Source of the DNA: an uncultured bacterium
GTDB taxonomy: Bacteria; Planctomycetota; UBA1135
NCBI GenBank assembly: GCA_963934925.1
Contig: CAWWAN010000001.1
Location: 1 to 25,334, forward strand
Direction of reading: 5' to 3'
DNA: 25,334 nucleotides
In this document: one piece after another, positions 10,201-16,386 of the stretch
Numbering within the stretch: position 1 is the stretch's first letter
How the letters are laid out: each line of letters starts with the position of its first letter
Notes under the pieces: generated by a model
The model's database searches: none
Told to the model about the DNA's origin: nothing
What the model saw: the letters and a program-made list of their open reading frames with translations, nothing else
Program-made: the position numbers and the translations under genes

Positions 10201-10439
10201 GATCCTGTAATCAAATGATCTACAAGCGCATCTTCTTCGACAAGAGTTCCGTCGACATCATAGACATCAACGATGCGCCCCCACTCGATGGATTCCAAGA
10301 AAAGCCCCTTTGCATCGGTAGCTGCTTGATCGGCAGAACTAGGGTCCGCAACCGAAATACATGAGGCCACGAGCAAAGTACACAGAATTGCTAGCTGTGA
10401 AAACGGGATGGAACTAAGTGATCTAGAGGTGTTTGCCAA
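7203..10439 (-). CDS. 1078-aa predicted lipoprotein with Ig-like segments; first gene of the putative sigma54 operon; function unknown
   Basis: TTG start with an in-frame TAA eight codons upstream. Lipobox VASC (Cys27). Motifs RNAAVRLNFNLPINPSSV and VSVRFDEAVDDTTV...DLSGN are colinear with the downstream paralogue. Confidence 0.85.
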   Translation of the reverse strand: MANTSRSLSSIPFSQLAILCTLLVASCISVADPSSADQAATDAKGLFLESIEWGRIVDVYDVDGTLVEEDALVDHLITGSSIVSLTANAVTQKESLLIQFPEASAEFEALLFDYKDNLQTVLRRDVVGELTYDMVARNAAVRLNFNLPINPSSVDSSSVQVFQGNPSSPSGMLQFSSRFVVKNDSSTNTSHRGGILIDPTISQIEAAEEQLPANVIGFGESTDVDDYNLVVYIPTEIDIVNGVYSVLSTLDEGQSIFYTPGRKDASEPVQIIGIDSYKLLAAMRTGNALDTFRGFMRDAIRPSLLGTQGITIDSHSGDGSDIVVNYSVDSARCASLTPKVGDVIEVVDSNNKNNIWTVVSREDISPPEYIVHCVDSNYDGALFDATALAGQVSTRYSAADSDIQACYLDIVPDPGEGSILDTASVSVRFDEAVDDTTVRSMSSFVIIQPDDNLNPDPQDVKESQAAWYRQIDTSESVSGFIERQRGYDYRADITGNATAEAEYGGRVLFGEVVASESNRAFTITPVAGWQDLDPNDTFDNYVVALRDGLDGIKDLSGNNVLLSSFVAGNNDQSFQLEIDHQAATNTKYFSLLCVGLDEDGDGNVEWAGQVNSFDFSGQLTGRVPSRLTVSADNTQFAISAHPVGGHPNGRLTSEPLNFAGAVVMNVYRPEDFGFGYEEASEFNYTVEGMSWAPLGGVVFDENYDKISLALSHSFSMPDELYIPPGTNAPAYPQSGMLTSSFNDNVLGFTADGTSGIDEKMVFSSSYFARGINKYQWNGIEYLPWTSFSEKFVWRDTSFDQAYLGGVDGNGGGAPTDNYVNTLGLWDPLGKRYLPGFIPTVALPLQLRFRTYPQMDSLSLNSLTTSLMMTPGTTPLNLPMFRVYSSGGQNVSGDWQRVQPDQAGTSGSAPVGGWLPFPGGATAAAGDDLLYWAAADFSLEVSRMHSHWFAISGPLNIGTIDGVVVEPAADKQPLGTSLVIEYRGSQAVSANANPLENSTPLNDASVKLGDTNQGDSPFDHYGDFVGGTGAVATPSAWTTDITDLEGRGYGFVQIRVSFMADPDSGLRPTLDGLGIAWTN

Positions 10440-10573
10440 GTGTTTATGCTGGTTTACAAGTTAAACTTGATTATCGAAAGACCTTTTGCCCACAAAGGGT
10501 TACGGGTCAATACAATCGGATGTGTATCCTAATATCGCGGAGCCTAAATTCGGGTCGAGAATTACCTTAAATA

Positions 10574-10590
10574 TGCAAATTTCATGCCAA
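10574..10590 (-). promoter_or_regulatory. Sigma54 (RpoN) -24/-12 promoter
   Basis: The minus strand reads TTGGCATG-AAAT-TTGCA, matching YTGGCACG-N4-TTGCW at 12 of 13 specified positions with exact GG-N10-GC spacing. It is intergenic and points at the lipoprotein genes. Predicted +1 near 10563. Confidence 0.8.
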
Positions 10591-10637
10591 CTTCCTATCG
10601 CGGAAGATCTTGTTTCCATGCAATCTCAGCGCATTAG

Positions 10638-10653
10638 TGTGCGATATCGCACA
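10638..10653. promoter_or_regulatory. Perfect 16-bp palindrome; candidate enhancer (UAS) for a sigma54 activator
   Basis: TGTGCGATATCGCACA = TGT-N10-ACA, about -75 to -90 from the predicted sigma54 start. No U-tract follows it. Confidence 0.55.
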
Positions 10654-10657
10654 GCCC

Positions 10658-11977
10658 TTAATTGCCCCAATTGAAACCGCACGCTTCGGCATCGGAGCGT
10701 TGGGCGAAGGGGTGCATGTTCTCAGGGCTAATGCGCTGCGCTGCCGGAGAATGCTGGGCGTGGAATTTTCGCGTCGAAGAGCAGCCAATATAATCAACAA
10801 CTAGCTGAGAATCGCACAAAGAACAGAGGAAAACCCTACGTGAACGGCCAAAAATGCGCCACGGGAAAGCCACGCCTTCGTGGCGACTCACACAGTTCTC
10901 GTTTGGGCATTCCTTTAAGCTATGCACCGTATTGCCCGCCGAAAGAGAGCGCAGCGGCAATAAGGAATAATCTTGCCCTGCCAAAGCCGCCAAAAACACT
11001 GCCTGACGAACAATCGGCCCATTTGCCGCCTGCTCAAAGTAAACAGCGCGCCGATCACCGTCTATTGAGGTCGGGAGCTCGTCACGCCGTGGCAGAGGAT
11101 GCAAAAACAAGCAGTTCTCGAGGAGTTTATTCTCAATAATCTCTGAATGAATACCTGGGAACACCCCACCAGCAGGCATTGCCCCGCGCTCGACCTGCAA
11201 TCGGGTCAGATACAGCGCATCTAAATCTTCGAGTTTCAAAACGTCGGTGCCAAACAAATCTTTTTGCACCAATCCGCGCGGCTCAATAATGCGCGCCTCG
11301 GAGTTACCCGTCCAGTCAGAAAATAGCGGATGCGAGACCCATCGCAATCGATAGTCAAAGTAGTCAACAATACGCTGCTCGAAGCTGGGAGCCCAGTCAA
11401 GACCGGGCCCAGGTAACAGCACAATTTTCACGCCGAGCATAGCCAGCGACCATGCTAAAGAACGCACGGTACGGCCATTGGTCAAATCGCCAAGCAAAGC
11501 CACCGTCTTGCCTTGAAACTTTCCATCCCATTTTTTGTGGAGGGTGTAGAGGTCGACCAACGTTTGGGTTGGATGCCCCAATCGCCCATCACCACCGTTT
11601 ATCAGTGGTATCTCAGAATAACGCGAGGCATAGCGTGATGCGCCGTCATACGGATGACGTAGCACCATCAAGTCGGCATAGCTGCTGACAACGCGTGTCA
11701 TGTCGGCTAAAGATTCGCCTTTAGCGCCCGATGTAGATTTCGAATCGCTAACGGAAATGACGCTCGCGCCCAAACGGTGCGCAGCAGATTCGAAGGAAAG
11801 CCTAGTGCGCGTTGACGGTTCGTTAAAAACAGTGGCGATCACCTTACCGTTTAATGCCTGCGAATACTTTGACGGCTGGGCCTCGATGTCTGCAGCGCAT
11901 GCAAACAGAGACTCTAGAAATGTCGGGCTTAGTGCTTCCGAAGAATGAAGCCCGTCGATGGTCGGCAAAATACTCAC
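10658..11977 (-). CDS. pyrB: Aspartate carbamoyltransferase catalytic chain with a fused PyrI-like zinc domain and a further small C-terminal domain
   Basis: ATCase motifs FNEPSTRTRLSFE, KGESL, HPTQTLVDL, GDLTNGRTVRSL, YLTRLQVER, HPLPR. C-terminal CPNENC...CSLC. GTG start. Confidence 0.93.
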   Translation of the reverse strand: MSILPTIDGLHSSEALSPTFLESLFACAADIEAQPSKYSQALNGKVIATVFNEPSTRTRLSFESAAHRLGASVISVSDSKSTSGAKGESLADMTRVVSSYADLMVLRHPYDGASRYASRYSEIPLINGGDGRLGHPTQTLVDLYTLHKKWDGKFQGKTVALLGDLTNGRTVRSLAWSLAMLGVKIVLLPGPGLDWAPSFEQRIVDYFDYRLRWVSHPLFSDWTGNSEARIIEPRGLVQKDLFGTDVLKLEDLDALYLTRLQVERGAMPAGGVFPGIHSEIIENKLLENCLFLHPLPRRDELPTSIDGDRRAVYFEQAANGPIVRQAVFLAALAGQDYSLLPLRSLSAGNTVHSLKECPNENCVSRHEGVAFPWRIFGRSRRVFLCSLCDSQLVVDYIGCSSTRKFHAQHSPAAQRISPENMHPFAQRSDAEACGFNWGN

Positions 11978-12007
11978 TGCGATTGGAGCTTAACGATTAA
12001 GCTAGCA

Positions 12008-12910
12008 TTAGGATAACTGTTCTGGCAATGGCGCGCCCCACTTTTCAAACAAAGCTTGCGTAATCGTTGCGCAGCGATGCTTGGGGTCTAATTCATTTAG
12101 CGGGATCGCCCGCCGCTGGTACTTCCCCATATGTTCGCGCGCAGGCAAATCGCAGCGATTGACAAACATTAAATCATCGTGGCCTTTGCGCGATTCAAGG
12201 ATATCTTCGATGTCAGAGCCCAATGCCGATGAGTTGTCAAAGAGCCAAACACACTCGTCGACATCGTCGAGTAACTGAAGGGTCATTGCAACAGCTGCTG
12301 CGTCATTAGCTTGCTCATCGTCAACGAAATGGCATAAGCCAGCGGTATCAACTAAGGTCGCAGCAAGCGCATCAGCTCCACTTCCGAGCATAATAGGAGC
12401 TTCTACGAAATCTCGCGTAGTGCCCCGATGTTCGCTTACTGTCACACGCTGCTCAGACAGCCATGCGTTAAACAATGTCGACTTACCAGCATTGGGCGGG
12501 CCTACCAGGGCAATGCGCGGTGGTAAAGACAAGCGTTGCCGCCAGCAGTCACTAAGCCGTGATGAGGAGTCACTGTTGTTCAACAATCGCAAAGCCAACG
12601 GTGAAGTCGCAGCAGAAATTAGAGAAAGCGGCTCGCGTAATTCTTGCCACTTATTGTCGGATAAAAATTGGTGAAGGGCACGACTTACGCCATAGCCTCC
12701 GTGAAAATGCCCCTCGTAAACGCCATCGGAAGTTTTCACCAACAAGAATTGATCGAAATCTAAGCGCCCCTGCTGTGGCTGCACCAATCGAAACTTATTG
12801 ACGGTTACCAAATCAATACCAAACAGCTCAGAGACTTCAGTCATCGTGCCCTTGAATTCAAATATTGCTAACGCACTCGCACCAGTCGATGACAACTGAC
12901 GGTATCTCAT
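12008..12910 (-). CDS. Reduced MnmE/TrmE-like GTPase (300 aa)
   Basis: G1 GPPNAGKS, G2 GTTRD, G3 DTAG, G4-like NRCD. The N-terminus resembles TrmE_N (GASALAIFEFKG; DQFL...EGHFHGG). It lacks most of the helical domain and the C-terminal FCxGK motif. Confidence 0.7.
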   Translation of the reverse strand: MRYRQLSSTGASALAIFEFKGTMTEVSELFGIDLVTVNKFRLVQPQQGRLDFDQFLLVKTSDGVYEGHFHGGYGVSRALHQFLSDNKWQELREPLSLISAATSPLALRLLNNSDSSSRLSDCWRQRLSLPPRIALVGPPNAGKSTLFNAWLSEQRVTVSEHRGTTRDFVEAPIMLGSGADALAATLVDTAGLCHFVDDEQANDAAAVAMTLQLLDDVDECVWLFDNSSALGSDIEDILESRKGHDDLMFVNRCDLPAREHMGKYQRRAIPLNELDPKHRCATITQALFEKWGAPLPEQLS

Positions 12911-13614
12911 AGCCAGTTATCTGCGGCGACACTTTCCATTCCGGCAAAAAGAAGTTGGTCTTCGAACCGGTAGTTCGGCAATAAGGAACGCATCCGATGA
13001 GCATCTCCTCCACAAACAAATACAGCAGCGTTTTCGGCGCCAGCAACTTGATAATGTTCAACCAAGCCGCGGACCGCAAAAGCTAAAGCGCGATAGGTGC
13101 CATCAAAGACTGCCGCTTCGGTTGATTCAGGGACCGTTCCATTGGACTCCGACGGGGGCTCAAGATGCGGCGCCGCCTGTGCCAAGGCCGAAAGCTGGGA
13201 GCCTAAGCCCAAACCGATTGCCCCTCCACGGAAATGATTTTGAGCATCAACAACATCCACCGTAAAAGCCGTACCAAAATCAATGACTATTACTGGAGTG
13301 GACGCCATTTTTGAAGCAGCAAATGCAGTGAGTAAACGATCTATACCGGTGTTGGTAGAAACTATTTCTAAAGCAATGTGCTGCGCTAATATTTTCTTTG
13401 ACGGATAGGTGTTAATGACATCAAGGACTTTCTCCTCGACTTGCGGTGCACTACACGCGTAAACCAACATGTCAAAATTAGATACACGCAAATATGCTTC
13501 GAAATCCTTCAGTGCGGCAGCCTCATGCCAATCAAAAGCATTACAGCCATCGCCAAGTTTAGTTTTTAATTGGCGATTACCAATATCTAGAAGCAACACC
13601 TTAGCCGTTGCCAT
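12907..13614 (-). CDS. coaX: Type III pantothenate kinase
   Basis: Motifs LLLDIGN, GIDR, VIDFGTAFTVD, GGAI. 4-nt ATGA overlap with the next gene. Confidence 0.9.
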   Translation of the reverse strand: MATAKVLLLDIGNRQLKTKLGDGCNAFDWHEAAALKDFEAYLRVSNFDMLVYACSAPQVEEKVLDVINTYPSKKILAQHIALEIVSTNTGIDRLLTAFAASKMASTPVIVIDFGTAFTVDVVDAQNHFRGGAIGLGLGSQLSALAQAAPHLEPPSESNGTVPESTEAAVFDGTYRALAFAVRGLVEHYQVAGAENAAVFVCGGDAHRMRSLLPNYRFEDQLLFAGMESVAADNWL

Positions 13615-13619
13615 TCGCT

Positions 13620-14570
13620 TTAAGGCAAAGTGAAGAACAATGTGCGTATGCCACCCATACGCTCAATTTTCACTTCGACGTTACCGCCGGGCATATTCTG
13701 CAAAGAAGTGAAAAGTTGCTGGCGGTCGGTAGCGGTTACGCCGTTTACTTCAAGAACGATGTCATCTGCCTGTACTCCCATACGTGCAAACACTGAGTTG
13801 GGCTGAACACTGCGAATGCGCAAACCTTTTACCTCGTTGGTAAAGGGGTCACGTTCCGTGCGAACGGGTACCGCCGCCAAAACCTGCTCTTGGGACATTT
13901 GCTCGATCTCAGAAGCATCGGCGGAGCCAACAGAGTAGTGGTCGGGCTCAGTCATGCGCGTGCGCTGCGGTACAACGACATCGCTGCCATTAACCAATTT
14001 ACCGTCAGGACCTCTAACAATAATCTGCGAACTGTCTACCTCATAAGTAGAAACGGGCACTGTGACACTCGCGTCACCCTCGACAAGATCAATTCTCACT
14101 GCCCCACTTTCCACAGCCATCAAACGTAATTTCACACCCGGTTTAGTGGACAACTCAAACTTTTCACCGACAGCATAAAAATCGCCGGGGAACTCGTCGC
14201 CGCTGACGACTTCTCCTGCTCCTTGAATCCATGCGCCACTTGGGTACTGAATAAACGGAACAACGAAATCATCGGCAGCGATGATCTGATCGACCTGCGG
14301 TTGATCTTCTATTTCGACCTCAGGTGGAGGCGGCACATAACCCGTAACATTAAGTTTTTGCAACACTTTATAGTTTTCAAAAGCCAGCAAATGACCACCA
14401 AGTTGCGAAGAGTCAAGGCGTCCGAAAGTGTTTTCTAAGCGGGTTATATCGACGGGACGCATTAAGGCATCGCGGTTAACCATAAAGTCTTTAATTTGCA
14501 TGCCGAATCCACCGAGGGCTAACAAACCCACGGACGACAACAACAATCTAAGCAGTTTTTCGTTCACCAT
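13620..14570 (-). CDS. Membrane-anchored PDZ protein with GspC-like architecture (type II secretion component C-like)
   Basis: N-terminal hydrophobic helix, Pro-rich linker, HR-like segment (GAWIQ...FYAVGE...LRLMAVESGAVRI), and C-terminal PDZ (GLRIRSVQPNSVFARMGVQADDIVLEVNG...VKIER). Confidence 0.6.
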   Translation of the reverse strand: MVNEKLLRLLLSSVGLLALGGFGMQIKDFMVNRDALMRPVDITRLENTFGRLDSSQLGGHLLAFENYKVLQKLNVTGYVPPPPEVEIEDQPQVDQIIAADDFVVPFIQYPSGAWIQGAGEVVSGDEFPGDFYAVGEKFELSTKPGVKLRLMAVESGAVRIDLVEGDASVTVPVSTYEVDSSQIIVRGPDGKLVNGSDVVVPQRTRMTEPDHYSVGSADASEIEQMSQEQVLAAVPVRTERDPFTNEVKGLRIRSVQPNSVFARMGVQADDIVLEVNGVTATDRQQLFTSLQNMPGGNVEVKIERMGGIRTLFFTLP

Positions 14571-14632
14571 ACTATCTTAACCTAACGGCTACCTTATTTC
14601 GACGCTTCAAAGCCACATAGTCTTGCAGCTAA

Positions 14633-15646
14633 TTAGCCGCGACTATCGTCAACTTCGTCGGCATTACGCATTTCTTGCAATTTCAACTTCAATTGCGGCA
14701 ATCCTTCGCCCTTCACCGCCGAAATGCAGAATTCTGGCTGACCAATCGTAGCAAAAAAGTCGGAGGCCAGCTGCGCTGCACCATCCTCTTCAACTTTTGA
14801 CGCGACTACCAGCGTAGGCCGTGATGCTAGTTCCGCGCTATGAGCCGCGATCTCGTTACGAATAGTGTGGTAAGCATCGACTGGTTCGTCGGTGCTATAT
14901 CCTGAGCAATCGACTATATGCAACAGAATTTTGGTGCGCTCGACATGCCGCAAGAATTGAATGCCTAAGCCCTTGCCGTCGGCAGCACCCTCGATAATTC
15001 CGGGGATATCGGCGATAACGATTGGTTGGCCAAAGTCTTGCATATCAATGATACCCAACGACGGATCAAGAGTCGTGAAGGGGTAGTCCGCAACACGCGC
15101 CTTGGAAGAAGTCACGCAGTTCATCAGGGTTGACTTCCCAGCATTTGGTAAGCCCAGCAAACCGACATCAGCAACTAGTTTTAATTCGAGTCGCAGCTTG
15201 CGCTCTTCACCGCGAGTGCCTTCCTCGAAATAAGTAGGTGATTGTCGAGTTGACGTAGCAAAGCGCGCATTACCGCGGCCACCTTTGCCTCCGGCTGCAA
15301 CGACTAAGCGCTGGCCCTCCTCGCTCAAATCTGCCAAACAGTTATTACGCTCGAAATCAAAAACCTGTGTTCCGACTGGAACCAACACTTCAATAGTTTC
15401 GCCACTCAAGCCACTGCAATTATTATTACCGCCGGGCTGACCGTTAGTCGCACGCGCATGGAAGTCACGGCTAATTTTATACAATGAATTCTCATTGCTG
15501 TCGGCAACCAAAATTACCGCACCGCCATCACCACCATCGCCGCCCGAAGGGCCGCCGCGAATGACATATTTTTCGCGATGCATTGCGCTACATCCGGGCC
15601 CGCCGTTGCCAGCTATGGCCACCATTACCGCTTCGTCGCGGAACAT
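14633..15646 (-). CDS. obgE: GTPase ObgE/CgtA
   Basis: Starts MFRDEA..AGNGG at the ATG at 15646 (the track starts 7 codons earlier). Gly-rich Obg domain, GLPNAGKST, YPFTTL, DIPG. Follows rplU-rpmA. Confidence 0.97.
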   Translation of the reverse strand: MFRDEAVMVAIAGNGGPGCSAMHREKYVIRGGPSGGDGGDGGAVILVADSNENSLYKISRDFHARATNGQPGGNNNCSGLSGETIEVLVPVGTQVFDFERNNCLADLSEEGQRLVVAAGGKGGRGNARFATSTRQSPTYFEEGTRGEERKLRLELKLVADVGLLGLPNAGKSTLMNCVTSSKARVADYPFTTLDPSLGIIDMQDFGQPIVIADIPGIIEGAADGKGLGIQFLRHVERTKILLHIVDCSGYSTDEPVDAYHTIRNEIAAHSAELASRPTLVVASKVEEDGAAQLASDFFATIGQPEFCISAVKGEGLPQLKLKLQEMRNADEVDDSRG

Positions 15647-15672
15647 GTTTTCTATGCGTGCTGACATCTTGT

Positions 15673-15711
15673 TAAAATCAAAAACCTAGATGCATAAAAA
15701 GCATCTAGGTT
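15673..15711 (-). terminator. Intrinsic terminator after rplU-rpmA
   Basis: 11-bp perfect stem AACCTAGATGC (15683-15693) / GCATCTAGGTT (15701-15711). The minus strand continues TTTGATTTT. A second hairpin, TAGCGCC/GGCGCTA (15719-15737), lies just upstream. Confidence 0.7.
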
Positions 15712-15741
15712 AAAATTGTAGCGCCGCGAAGGCGCTAAAAG

Positions 15742-15990
15742 TTATACGCTCACAGGGACTACTGAAACGCGCTTACGTGATTGGTACTCGACGGTGCCAT
15801 CCCATAGTGCGAAGAGTGTGTAATCATTGCCAACACCAACGCCACGACCTGCGTGATGCTTAGTGCCACATTGACGAACAAGAATGTTGCCAGCGCGAAC
15901 AGATTCGCCACCGTACTTCTTGATTCCGCGATTTTTCGCGTTAGAGTCACGACCATTAGTAGTCGAACCGCCACCTTTCTTATGTGCCAT
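15742..15990 (-). CDS. rpmA: 50S ribosomal protein L27
   Basis: [16 protein letters not shown]...GIKKYGGE...GNILVRQ; AGAGG upstream of the ATG. Confidence 0.98.
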   Translation of the reverse strand: MAHKKGGGSTTNGRDSNAKNRGIKKYGGESVRAGNILVRQCGTKHHAGRGVGVGNDYTLFALWDGTVEYQSRKRVSVVPVSV

Positions 15991-16008
15991 CTTTTAAGCC
16001 TCTATGAT

Positions 16009-16329
16009 TTAGTTACCACCGACATTAATTTCTTTAATGCGGATCGAAGTGTATTGTTGACGGTGCCCCAGACGACGCTTGCTTGACTTGCGACGTTTAA
16101 ATGTGGCCACCAGGATCTTCTTGTCTTTGATATTACCGAGAACCTCGGCAACAACACTCGCGCCACTAACATGTGGTGCGCCGACGGTAACGTTTCCGTC
16201 GTTAGAAAGAAGTTGGACCTTATCAAAGACAATCTCGCTGCCGGCTTCGGCATCGAGCAAATCTACCCATAGCTCTTGGCCAGGGCTTAATGTAAGGCAT
16301 CGTGAACGGTCTTGGACTATTGCGTACAA
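16009..16329 (-). CDS. rplU: 50S ribosomal protein L21
   Basis: TTG start at 16329 (MYAIVQD) behind a GAGAGG Shine-Dalgarno. Motif FKRRKSSKRRLGHRQQYT. The track's longer N-terminus runs through the promoter. Confidence 0.95.
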   Translation of the reverse strand: MYAIVQDRSRCLTLSPGQELWVDLLDAEAGSEIVFDKVQLLSNDGNVTVGAPHVSGASVVAEVLGNIKDKKILVATFKRRKSSKRRLGHRQQYTSIRIKEINVGGN

Positions 16330-16357
16330 AGTATTTTCCTCTCGTAAGGGGTCACAC

Positions 16358-16386
16358 AGTTTAGCGACGAGCCGACGACTAGGCAA
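16358..16386 (-). promoter_or_regulatory. Sigma70-type promoter for rplU-rpmA
   Basis: TTGCCT (16386-16381), 17-nt spacer, TAAACT (16363-16358). The -35 overlaps the stop codon of the ribonuclease gene. Confidence 0.6.

Noticed and set aside
1-10439. Lipoprotein cluster as a prophage or mobile element
   Set aside because: There is no integrase, transposase, att-like repeat or phage structural gene in the window, and the signal peptides point to host envelope proteins.
10470-10510. c-di-GMP-I riboswitch in the operon leader (GGGCAAA seen)
   Set aside because: The downstream GACGCAAAG and tetraloop-receptor elements are absent.
16330-16386. N-terminal extension of rplU
   Set aside because: It overlaps the promoter and the ribonuclease stop. 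The TTG at 16329 has a good Shine-Dalgarno and gives a normal L21 length.
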